Below, piece after piece: positions 38,492 through 46,439 of a stretch of 64,000 nt of DNA. The stretch is from positions 654,985-718,984 of the forward strand of contig NZ_JH636436.1 in assembly GCF_000255655.1 (NCBI RefSeq), in the 5' to 3' direction. This DNA is from Schlesneria paludicola DSM 18645 (GTDB lineage: Bacteria; Planctomycetota; Planctomycetia; Planctomycetales; Planctomycetaceae). The position numbers and the translations under genes are program-made. The stretch's first letter is position 1. Each line of letters begins with the position of its first letter. The notes beneath the pieces were generated by a model. It was not told the origin of the DNA. It saw nothing but the letters and a program-made list of their open reading frames with translations, and searched no databases.

Positions 38492-38634
38492 TTCGTGTTA
38501 AGGCTGCGGCGACAGGAATCGAACCATCAACCGAAGCCGCTGGCCGAATAGGTCAGTTGAAGGCGAAGGGCGATAGTCTTTCAAATCCGAGTCGCCTGCC
38601 CGTACCAACACGGACTCCACCGCAATTTATATCA

Positions 38635-38708
38635 GTCAGCGCGGTCGGATTTGAACCGACGATCTCGTGGTCCCAAGCCACGCGGATTTCCATGCTTTCC
38701 CACACGCT
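38635..38708 (-). tRNA. tRNA-Pro (TGG)
   Basis: C1-G72 first pair and A73, typical of tRNA-Pro; anticodon arm CGTGG-CTTGGGA-CCACG; T-arm GTCGG-TTCAAAT-CCGAC. Confidence 0.7.
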
Positions 38709-38768
38709 GACAATCGTTCATCGCGGATCGACCTTCGTTGTCATCAAGGATCGTCCACGCGAACAAAA

Positions 38769-38839
38769 AAGCACCCAGCGGGAGTTGAACCCGCACCTCC
38801 GCCTTGGCGAGACGGTACGCTGCCGCTACGTCATGGGTG
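38769..38839 (-). tRNA. tRNA-Gly (GCC) with C33
   Basis: Acceptor GCACCCA/TGGGTGC perfect; D-stem ACGT/GCGT; anticodon loop TCGCCAA; U73. Confidence 0.5.
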
Positions 38840-38923
38840 CATGCATTCCTGGCCGAATTGTTAAAGACCTATTCGCAACGCGCGATTGGCCAAGTTTGTG
38901 AACTCGCTTCATCGCGCATGAAA

Positions 38924-38995
38924 AAGCACCGGGTGGGACTCGAACCCACGTTGCCGTATTACGGGTGCGGTGTCTTGGCCGCTAAACGACCAGTG
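38924..38995 (-). tRNA. tRNA-Thr (CGT) with C33
   Basis: Acceptor GCACTGG/CCGGTGC; D-stem GTTT/AGAC; anticodon arm CCGCA-CCCGTAA-TACGG (one mismatch); T-arm GTGGG-TTCGAGT-CCCAC. Confidence 0.45.
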
Positions 38996-38997
38996 CA

Positions 38998-39110
38998 GCG
39001 CCTTCGGCGAGAAAGTAGAGAGTGGAAAGTCGTGAGTGGACAAGAACCGATCCGTCTACTTTCCACTCTCTACGGACTATTCTCTCTGTCCCGGCACGCC
39101 GGGACAGAGA
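38998..39110. repeat. Palindromic spacer repeat family A, copy 3, plus a 13-bp hairpin (ctctctgtcccgg/ccgggacagagag) that overlaps the 3' end of tRNA-Lys(CTT)
   Basis: cgccttcggcgagaaagtagagagtggaaagt...actttccactctctac has a perfect 16-bp inverted repeat. It starts 3 nt upstream of the 5' end of the preceding tRNA. Confidence 0.55.
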
Positions 39111-39179
39111 GACCAGACGGACTTGAACCGTCACTTGCTCGGGTAAGAACCGAGTGTGCTGCCACTAACACCTTGATCC
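39107..39179 (-). tRNA. tRNA-Lys (CTT)
   Basis: D-stem GTGT/GCAC; anticodon arm CTCGG-TTCTTAC-CCGAG perfect; T-arm GACGG-TTCAAGT-CCGTC; acceptor with two G·U wobbles. Confidence 0.6.
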
Positions 39180-39196
39180 CGTAATCCTTCGTTCAG

Positions 39197-39268
39197 TTAG
39201 GCCTGGGCGGAGTTGAACCGTCGTCTGGCCCTTATAAGGAGCCTGCTCTCATCGTTGAGCTACAGGCC
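39197..39268 (-). tRNA. tRNA-Ile (TAT)
   Basis: Canonical D-arm GCTC-AACGATGA-GAGC; anticodon arm GGCTC-CTTATAA-GGGCC; A73. Confidence 0.55.
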
Positions 39269-39277
39269 CAGTAATCA

Positions 39278-39349
39278 ATGGGGCCGGAGGGATTCGAACC
39301 CCCACCGGGCAGATTAAAAGTCTGCTGTGCTGCAGTTACACCACGACCC
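39278..39349 (-). tRNA. tRNA-Lys (TTT)
   Basis: Acceptor GGGGTCG/CGGCCCC; anticodon arm GCAGA-CTTTTAA-TCTGC perfect; T-loop TTCGAAT; A73. Confidence 0.65.
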
Positions 39350-39410
39350 CGGATGAGGACGTGGTTCCATTTGTTCGTGAGGTCTCGATCCATAATCTGC
39401 ACCTTGTTCA

Positions 39411-39481
39411 ATCGCTTGGAGTGGAGTTGAACCACCGCTGTCGCCGTATCAGAACGACGTGCTTCCGTTACACCACCAAGC
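39411..39481 (-). tRNA. tRNA-Ile (GAT)
   Basis: Acceptor CGCTTGG/CCAAGCG perfect; anticodon loop CTGATAC; T-arm GGTGG-TTCAACT-CCACT; A73. Confidence 0.6.
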
Positions 39482-39623
39482 GGAGTCGGGATGGTCAGAA
39501 TCGAACTGACTGTGTTCAACTACCGCGGCCCGGCCTTCATCCTCGCTATTCGCTCGGCGTCATTCCTTACTTCTCAGCTACCAGCCCGGAAATGACAGAA
39601 CTTTGACTTCGTCAAAACGAAGA

Positions 39624-39659
39624 AGCCCGGTGTCCTTTGCGTGACACCGGGCTCTTTTG
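39624..39659. terminator. GC-rich hairpin (11-bp stem agcccggtgtc/gacaccgggct) followed by a T-run; reads as a terminator in both orientations
   Basis: Perfect inverted repeat with cttttg on the plus strand and tcttcgttttg on the minus strand; lies at the upstream (minus-sense) edge of the tRNA array. Confidence 0.4.
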
Positions 39660-40153
39660 AAAAAGCTTGCGGAGGCTTAGGGCCGATGTCACGAGCGCAG
39701 GGGATACGAGGATCTTTCGCTTCGCAAACCTGTATTCCCCGGAATACTGGCAAGATGTTGCCGAATCTGGGTATGCACGGGTTGCGTACCGAAGAGGTTC
39801 GCCGGTATGGCAAACCGCCTCGTATCGCTCTGTCTGCAATCGGACATCAGCTGTGAAAACATCATAATCCGCAAGACCTTTGAAATTGTTTCTTCCTGAA
39901 ACTGCCGGTCAGAGCGATGAACGCCATCGCTGTTGCATTCTTAGATGCGCGAGCGCAGCAATAAGTTCGCGGGAAACTTCAAAAATCAATACGAATCTTG
40001 GGTGAGGGTGCGAGCGAATGGGAGGCTTCAAATCTGAACTGAAACGGCGGCGAATTCGTCTCGAGCGTCCCCAATATCTCGTTGCCTCAGCAGGTTGCGA
40101 AGGAAGACGTAGACAAGCCAGCCAAAACAGACGGGCTGCTTCACAAGGAACTC

Positions 40154-41161
40154 TTAAGCCCAGATGCCAATCGGCTGACCTTTTTTGTAGTTCAAGAACG
40201 CTTGCAGCGAAACACGCGGACCGCCCTTAAAAGGGATCACAGCGTGGGGCCTGCCTGTGTTGATGATGACGGCATCACCACTTTTGAGCTCGATTCGAAT
40301 GGGGGGCGGAAGAAGCTTTTGGAAACGTAGCTGCAATTCTTCGTTCTGATAATTCGATTCAAGGAAAAAGTGTTTGACGGAATGCCAATGACCGATTGCT
40401 TCATGCATCGTGGTGATTTGAGGATTCCACAGATAGAGATGACCACCAATTTCGGGTTGCTTCAGGTACACATTCAACGAGAACTGGCCCGAATTGCTAC
40501 TGAGCAGTGGTGAACTATCCACATGGCACCCCAATGACGTTTCCGTAACGGTCTCAGTATTGTCGTACATCACCCGCACAAGCCCGGGTGACATTTTACA
40601 GCCCTTATAACGGGCAACAGTCATGCCATCATCCCATAGCTCATCGACCATGATGCGAAATTTGTCATAGGGAGAAACGTACGGCGCCGCCATGCTTCGT
40701 AGTTTCTCGGATGTTGAGATGGCGTTTTGAAAGTAGCGATGCCAGCTTTCGTCGCTCTTATTGGCCATACTGAATGGCTCGCCAAAGACATTGACATCAC
40801 TGGGTTTGAACTCGGTTTTCAGATCGTAGATATTCCAGTTCTCAAGTTTTTCTTTCAGGATGTTTGTCGTCATCCGTTCGCAGACTTCAGCCGTGCAGAA
40901 CGCGGGAAGGTGAATTGCCAGAATGCGATTAGTAAATAAATCTCGCAGCAATTCCGATGACAGCCGGTCCGTTTTGACAATTCCGGACCCATCCGAGGGC
41001 ATCGTTTTCCCGGCAGTCAGTTGTTCCATCGGCCAGAGCAAGCACTTCATGATAGGGGTGCGAAGGATTCGTCCGATCAATGGAATGGTGCTAGCTGGTC
41101 GCGGAGGAACTTTCATGATGCTCATCGTCGATCGATTCTTTCGGGCTTCAGTCCGCGCCAC
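40154..41161 (-). CDS. 2OG-Fe(II) oxygenase-like protein (hypothetical) in an AT-rich segment
   Basis: HxD...H...RxS-like arrangement (LGCHVDSS, GRPHAVIPF, RVSLQAF). Codon usage and GC differ from the flanks. Start uncertain. Confidence 0.45.
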   Translation of the reverse strand: MARTEARKNRSTMSIMKVPPRPASTIPLIGRILRTPIMKCLLWPMEQLTAGKTMPSDGSGIVKTDRLSSELLRDLFTNRILAIHLPAFCTAEVCERMTTNILKEKLENWNIYDLKTEFKPSDVNVFGEPFSMANKSDESWHRYFQNAISTSEKLRSMAAPYVSPYDKFRIMVDELWDDGMTVARYKGCKMSPGLVRVMYDNTETVTETSLGCHVDSSPLLSSNSGQFSLNVYLKQPEIGGHLYLWNPQITTMHEAIGHWHSVKHFFLESNYQNEELQLRFQKLLPPPIRIELKSGDAVIINTGRPHAVIPFKGGPRVSLQAFLNYKKGQPIGIWA

Positions 41162-41388
41162 TGCGCGGATGGTTGCGGACTCAATTTGTTGATGGGGCGA
41201 AGTTTATGGCAAAGGAAGTGAAAATCAAGGCTGTGCAGACGGACAGTCTGTCGCGCTCTCTCGATTCCCGGTTCGTCGAGACTTCCCGAAACCATCTGCA
41301 ATGAAGCCAGAATTCGTGGGCTCTCTCGCGAGATTGTTAAGTGTGTCCAGCGATGTTCTTGGGGCGCGATGTCACAGAGGGATCTTCG

Positions 41389-41527
41389 CGGTAACCGTTC
41401 ACAGTCTCAGCAGAGGGGGGGGGCAGGAATATTTACGCGGTTCAATCGGAATCCCACAGTGCATCGACTGGGGTAAGCCTTCCCTTAGCTGCGGGAAAAT
41501 GAGCCAGTCCTCGGCCTGTGAACGCTG
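41389..41527. repeat. MITE-like element copy 1 (left TIR ggtaaccgttcacag; right TIR degraded)
   Basis: ~85-90% identical to 56842-56977 and, inverted, to 43009-43148. Confidence 0.6.
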
Positions 41528-41796
41528 ACATCGTCGCATCCACGAATCAGAAGGCCCGAATGAGAGATGCTTTCGGACACCCGCAGCCATAGCGAATGTG
41601 CGTGCGAGAGAATTTGAGTCGTGCTGACGATTGACTCGTCGCGAAGATGAACGGCGATGTCCCATTCGTTGGGGCTCATCGCGTCGATGTTTTGTGCCGG
41701 GCAGCTTGCGACCAATTATTCAAAAGGCTCGAACTTCTAGAGGATGCCGTGTATTTGAATCCGCTCGCACGTGACCATCGCCACCTACCGCGAATA

Positions 41797-42489
41797 CTAG
41801 ACAACTACCAGGCGCTCCGAGCGTTCGGCGCTTCTTAATTCCAGAAATTCAAGCCATTGATTCATTCCCAAACCCGTCTTCGCCGAAAGTTCGAGAATCC
41901 TCATGCCGGGTCGAACAGCCTGAACGCTCGCGTAAGCCGCTTCTCGATCGAACTCTGTCACGGTTGCGAGTTCGATTTTGGTGATGATCGCCACATCGGC
42001 GGTGTTGAAGATGGTGGGATACTTCCGCGGTTTGTCTTCCCCCTCAGTCACGGAAAACAGGACGAGCCGCATTTCTTCGCCCAAGTCGTATGTTGCAGGG
42101 CAGACCAGATTGCCGACGTTTTCAATAAATAGAAAGTCGAGTTCGTCCAGGTTCCAGCCCACAAGTGCGTCGCTCACCATCTTGGCTTCGAGATGGCAAA
42201 CGGAACCGGTGATGATCTGCCGAATCGGGACACCCGCGCGTTCCAGTCGCCGGGCGTCATTCTCGGTTGCCAGATCACCCACGAGTGCGGCACAGCGATA
42301 CCGTTCGCGCAGCATTGTCAGGGTTCGTTCGAGAAAGAGCGTCTTTCCCGTGCCAGGGCTTGAAACCAGACTGACCACGAAGACTCCGTTGTTGTGAAAA
42401 CGCTGCCTGAGTAGTCGCGCATCGTTGTCGTTGGCCTTAAGGACCTGGGTTCTTACCTCGACCATTCGAGTTGTCGTCGGGAGGCTCAT
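41797..42489 (-). CDS. hypB: Hydrogenase nickel-incorporation GTPase HypB
   Basis: P-loop GTGKT plus CH motif of HypB. Start set at the ATG overlapping the hypA stop (ATGA). The longer ORF N-terminus overlaps hypA. Confidence 0.85.
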   Translation of the reverse strand: MSLPTTTRMVEVRTQVLKANDNDARLLRQRFHNNGVFVVSLVSSPGTGKTLFLERTLTMLRERYRCAALVGDLATENDARRLERAGVPIRQIITGSVCHLEAKMVSDALVGWNLDELDFLFIENVGNLVCPATYDLGEEMRLVLFSVTEGEDKPRKYPTIFNTADVAIITKIELATVTEFDREAAYASVQAVRPGMRILELSAKTGLGMNQWLEFLELRSAERSERLVVV

Positions 42490-42833
42490 GACTCGATCTC
42501 CATTGCAACGATTTCCAGTTCGCGCCCACAGACGACATCTCCGCATGGTGTCCCGCATTCGGGGCAGCACAAGTCCTGGAAGCAGGGCAATTCGCGTTCG
42601 GTGTCGCAGACATGACATCGTACGCGCAGGGGGACTTCTTCGACGACCAATTCGACCTTTGAGAATGGCGACATTTCTCGGGCCAAGTCGAACGCGGATA
42701 TCAGCGCCTGCTTGATTACTCCCGACAGGGGGCCCAGTTTCAAGTAGATCGATTTGATCTCCGCGCCGCCGCGGCGGTCCGATTCTTCACCGGCAATATC
42801 GAGAATACTCATCGCCAGAGACAGTTCGTGCAT
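42486..42833 (-). CDS. hypA: Hydrogenase maturation Ni-metallochaperone HypA
   Basis: MHELSLAMSILDI... N-terminus and CxxC-x12-CxxC zinc finger. Confidence 0.85.
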   Translation of the reverse strand: MHELSLAMSILDIAGEESDRRGGAEIKSIYLKLGPLSGVIKQALISAFDLAREMSPFSKVELVVEEVPLRVRCHVCDTERELPCFQDLCCPECGTPCGDVVCGRELEIVAMEIES

Positions 42834-43008
42834 TCGAGTATCGTCCTATGACATTTCGCTGATACGGATATAGCGCGCCAAACCAGGAAACTCTGCGAAC
42901 ATGCAAACCAGAACCCAGAGGAGAATGAAAACTCCGAGTACAATAGCAAAGATGTCTTCGGCGATGGCCATGATGACTTTCATCGTGCGTACCCCTTTTC
43001 ACATTGTG

Positions 43009-43148
43009 TGGTAACAGTTCACAGGCTGGGAACTGGCTCATTTTCCCGCGGTATAAGGAAGGCTTAGCCCAGTCGATGCACTGTGGATTCCAATTGAACC
43101 GGGAAATTGTGCTTGTCCCGCTCACTTTGGGCTGTGAACGGTGACCAT
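43009..43148. repeat. MITE-like element copy 2 (inverted; TIRs ggtaacagttcacag / ctgtgaacggtgacc)
   Basis: Covers the last ~28 codons and the stop of the hydrogenase maturation protease gene. Confidence 0.6.
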
Positions 43149-43696
43149 TGTGTGATCAGATCGTTTGTTGGCGGCACGTTATCCGTGGTCTCGTCGGTGA
43201 CAACTGGCATTCGTGCATAGACTTCGTTCGTGAGCAGCGCAATTTGATGGATTGCACCTTCGATTGCCGTTTGGACGGTTGGAGTTAATCCCATCTTGCC
43301 TTCGTGTTCATCGCCAAGGTCTTCCGGCTCGCACCCGACCAGCAGAATTCGACCTGGGGTTCCGCCGAATGCCCGTACCATCCGCAATACATTCAGCGGG
43401 TGCATGCTGTGCGCATCGAGAATCGAATCGGCTTCGTCAATATCATGCAGATCGAGTTCCATCGTGTAGACCGTGCCGGGAGTGCCACCTTGTGGCGTGG
43501 CGTCGACCAGGATTGTCGTCTCAATTCCATCCATCAGTGCGTATGCCAGATCCATGCCTCGAATGCCGTAATCGATCACACTGACGCCGCTTGGCCATGT
43601 TTGACGTTGTAGACGTTGGACAACTTCGCAGCCGAAGGCGTCGTCTCCACGGAAGATGTTTCCAATTCCCGCGATCAACAGGTGTCGCAACATCAT
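43064..43696 (-). CDS. [NiFe]-hydrogenase maturation endopeptidase (HybD/HupD family)
   Basis: GIGNIFRGDDAFG N-terminus and His/Asp metal ligands; the C-terminal ~28 aa are encoded by the MITE-like repeat. Confidence 0.85.
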   Translation of the reverse strand: MMLRHLLIAGIGNIFRGDDAFGCEVVQRLQRQTWPSGVSVIDYGIRGMDLAYALMDGIETTILVDATPQGGTPGTVYTMELDLHDIDEADSILDAHSMHPLNVLRMVRAFGGTPGRILLVGCEPEDLGDEHEGKMGLTPTVQTAIEGAIHQIALLTNEVYARMPVVTDETTDNVPPTNDLITQWSPFTAQSERDKHNFPVQLESTVHRLG

Positions 43697-44076
43697 GGGC
43701 TCTCCTGTTGATTGTCGGGCAAACGCATCGGTTCAACTTCCTCTGTCGAAAAGAAGAATCGGTGGCCAGGTTTCCTCAAGAATCCCAAATCGCGACCGGG
43801 GTCATCGTCCAGGACGACTGCCAGATGAATCTGACCTTCGAAGTCCTGTTCAATGGCTTCGATCGTGGCCACCTTTTTCTGAAACGCGAGGTCCATGATG
43901 TCTCCTCGTTTTTTTGGCCAAAGGCGGACCTTGTCGCTCACCCTCAAATCGACTCCAAATACGCGAACACTTTCAAGTCGCGTTTCGACATCCAGTTCGG
44001 GCCAGGGAAAGTCCTCCATCATCGTTTTAAGACTCACTTTCTTTCGTTGCGTCGAATTCCTCTTCGAACCAATCAA
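43693..44076 (-). CDS. Hypothetical protein in the hydrogenase locus
   Basis: 127-aa ORF, translationally coupled (overlapping stop/start) with its neighbours; no family recognised. Confidence 0.4.
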   Translation of the reverse strand: MIGSKRNSTQRKKVSLKTMMEDFPWPELDVETRLESVRVFGVDLRVSDKVRLWPKKRGDIMDLAFQKKVATIEAIEQDFEGQIHLAVVLDDDPGRDLGFLRKPGHRFFFSTEEVEPMRLPDNQQESP

Positions 44077-45125
44077 GCTTGTTCGCGTGTCATTCCTCGA
44101 AGCGCGCCATGCAACTTTTCGAAGTGCTCCTGGGGTAACCCCTCTGCGCGTTCCAAAAGCCTTCGTGCTTGTTCATCAACGCATCGCATTTCTCGCTGCT
44201 CTCCGGGCGTCAACGTCATGACTCGAAGCATGAGCATTTCGTCGATTTCCGTTGCGTCGAAAAAGTCACCCGGACTTTCCTGTGCAATTTGGGGATAGTC
44301 ATACAGAATGATGGGTGAGGCCAGTATCGTTTGTCGCGACTTGTTCTCGCCGACAAGCACAGGCCAACAACCTCGCTGCTGACAGGTCGCTGCGGCATCG
44401 GCCAATTCCAACGGTGGCTCCAGCAGTGAAACAAATTCTCCATCGCTGACCGTCAATACAGCATGCGTCGAGGCCAATGACGAGAGAAGGACTTGGTCAC
44501 GAGTTGACGAGTTCGCTTCAGGCAGCGATGTCTCATTGTGGATGACGACTCGCAGCCGATAGACCTGGCCCTCAAGGCGAGTGGCACTGACCACGACGGT
44601 TCCACGAAGTTCCTTCTGCGTCCGTTGGACCCATCCCAAAGGTTGCAATGACTGTTCGCAGATCTCTTCCGTCGTCGAGTTCGGCCCGAATCGGAAACGA
44701 AGTACATGTGTCGTGTCACAAAGTTCTTCAATGCACAGTTCGAGCGAGTCGACCTCGCGCTCCTCTGCCTCCTGCCAGGTCTGATAGCGATGCCCATTGA
44801 CTTCGAGGCACTCAACGGGCCGCGATGATCGTGGCGAGATCGCCTGGTCGGGTGAATCGCGATGGACAAATTCTTCGACTTGACGCTGAAGCAAATGCAG
44901 AAAACGCGTTCGGACTCTTATCGAAGCGAACCTTTCCTGTAACAGGCATTCCACCTGCATCGTCCAGGACTCGGTCCCCGCTTGGGCCTGGCTGTAGGCT
45001 TGCGGTACAAGGACGCCAAAGTTGAACCTTTGTCGATTTTTCACTGCCGACGCCCGATAGGGGTACAGTAGATAGCCTTCGTAGAGTATGGATTGTGCGA
45101 TTCGATCAACGAGCGGTTGAGTCAT
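44073..45125 (-). CDS. Hypothetical hydrogenase-associated protein
   Basis: Start set at the ATG overlapping the upstream stop (ATGA); conserved-looking but unassigned. Confidence 0.45.
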   Translation of the reverse strand: MTQPLVDRIAQSILYEGYLLYPYRASAVKNRQRFNFGVLVPQAYSQAQAGTESWTMQVECLLQERFASIRVRTRFLHLLQRQVEEFVHRDSPDQAISPRSSRPVECLEVNGHRYQTWQEAEEREVDSLELCIEELCDTTHVLRFRFGPNSTTEEICEQSLQPLGWVQRTQKELRGTVVVSATRLEGQVYRLRVVIHNETSLPEANSSTRDQVLLSSLASTHAVLTVSDGEFVSLLEPPLELADAAATCQQRGCWPVLVGENKSRQTILASPIILYDYPQIAQESPGDFFDATEIDEMLMLRVMTLTPGEQREMRCVDEQARRLLERAEGLPQEHFEKLHGALRGMTREQA

Positions 45126-45769
45126 GTCGGCACCTCCAATGCGGTGGATGCCAGAAGACGTTGCAATGTCTCGTCCCAAGTGGGAATTCCTTGATGACAT
45201 TTGAATCTGTAGAGTTGATCGAACACATCGTGTCTCAGGCAAAGCCAGGCGGAATTGGGGTAGTAGAATTCCATCATCTGCTTCCAGGTCGAAACGGGCA
45301 GTCGATATCGAGCTTCCTTCGACCAGGGGATTTGGGTCACTTGCAGCATGCCCGTCTCTTGCCGGTAGAAAATTGAGCCACTGAACAGCAGCAAAAGTGG
45401 GATATCTCCTTGCTCCAGGCCATAGAAATACTTGGTTGCGGCAACGTTGAAGTCGTATGTGCAGGGGATTTGAACGTCAACCAGAACCTCACGCTGGAAC
45501 GGCGGGACGAGTGTGCTGACACGTGTCCAATGCATGCTGCGAAGTGTCTCACCCCAGCGATCGGCGGCACCGAACAGGTCAATCAGATTCGTTTGTTCAT
45601 TCTGGGTGTAGGCCCGCCGATTGGATTCGATTTGGATTTGACATTGCAAATTCACATTCTGGATGGACTGCGATACTCCGCCCTTGATACGGAGTTTTAG
45701 GATGAGGGTCGGTACGACCGCGTGTTCAAGTGACGTTGCATCCTCGACATGGAATTCAAGATCCGACAT
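45122..45769 (-). CDS. Hypothetical hydrogenase-associated protein
   Basis: ORF in the coupled gene string between the NifU-like gene and the protease; start uncertain. Confidence 0.4.
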   Translation of the reverse strand: MSDLEFHVEDATSLEHAVVPTLILKLRIKGGVSQSIQNVNLQCQIQIESNRRAYTQNEQTNLIDLFGAADRWGETLRSMHWTRVSTLVPPFQREVLVDVQIPCTYDFNVAATKYFYGLEQGDIPLLLLFSGSIFYRQETGMLQVTQIPWSKEARYRLPVSTWKQMMEFYYPNSAWLCLRHDVFDQLYRFKCHQGIPTWDETLQRLLASTALEVPT

Positions 45770-46439
45770 GACCGGGCCTCCGATCAGGGGTCGCCCGTTG
45801 TCCGAGAGAATCGAAGAACTCACGCACGCGATTCCAGACGTTTGTACCTCCCGAAAGGCCACGCCAGTGCAGTCTCAGTATGCCCGCGAGTTTATAGCAC
45901 TCGTCGATGGGCGTGATGAAATACTCATCGACCAAGAAGCCGGCACGGATACCCATCCGATTGACCAGCAACGCTTCCACGTCGGGTTGCAGCGAATTGA
46001 GTGGCTTACAATTTCGAATGAGCTCCTGCCATTTCTCAAAATTCAGCAGTGATTCCACGGGCCCCGCTGGACTGGGATACAGGACCATTGTTTTGGCTGC
46101 GGAGCTGTCAAAAAAGAAGAAGGCCAAATTGATGGGGATCATCAGGCCGTCCCAGTCGGCATCCGGAATTTGAAAGTCTCGCAATTGATGAATGTCGCGT
46201 GGAACTCGGCGATACTTCATCTCTGCCGCACCCGAGAACAGCAGTGCGCAGGCCGTACACGAACACAGCAGGTGTCGGTTTTTCGGATCGAGCAGATGAT
46301 CATGTTCGGATGGCAATTGCAGGCCACAGAGCTCGCAACGTCGGACGTCGGCGGGGCGCGGCTTGGTGAAGCTTCGCAATGTCGCGAATGTCTTTCGGAA
46401 CGATGCTTCAGGGATGCGGACTTGTGGCGAAGTGGTCAT
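45756..46439 (-). CDS. Cys-rich hypothetical protein (CELCG...CSCTAC motif)
   Basis: Start at the ATGA overlap with the upstream NifU-like gene; possible metal-binding accessory protein. Confidence 0.45.
   Translation of the reverse strand: MTTSPQVRIPEASFRKTFATLRSFTKPRPADVRRCELCGLQLPSEHDHLLDPKNRHLLCSCTACALLFSGAAEMKYRRVPRDIHQLRDFQIPDADWDGLMIPINLAFFFFDSSAAKTMVLYPSPAGPVESLLNFEKWQELIRNCKPLNSLQPDVEALLVNRMGIRAGFLVDEYFITPIDECYKLAGILRLHWRGLSGGTNVWNRVREFFDSLGQRATPDRRPGHVGS

Noticed and set aside
38360-38612. tmRNA (ssrA) or tRNA-Sec as explanation for the long tRNA-like elements
   Set aside because: No tag-peptide reading frame or resume codon context was found. No TCA anticodon loop with an 8-bp acceptor was found. 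The 5' and 3' ends match the neighbouring tRNA-Ser instead.
32959-39597. Possibility that the periodic ~75-90-bp units are a CRISPR array
   Set aside because: There is no direct repeat shared by all units. Each unit folds as a distinct tRNA, and spacers would not be so structured.
32654-39607. Dozens of 60-170-aa ORFs across the tRNA array on both strands (e.g. 32832-33356 +, 33499-33966 -, 38413-38901 +)
   Set aside because: They overlap tRNA genes. Their apparent conservation between copies simply reflects tRNA sequence similarity.
41301-43125. ORFs 41301-41528 (+) and 42787-43125 (-), whose products share a conserved peptide (NPQCIDW.KPSL..GKMSQ)
   Set aside because: The shared peptide is a by-product of the MITE-like nucleotide repeat in opposite orientations, not a conserved protein.
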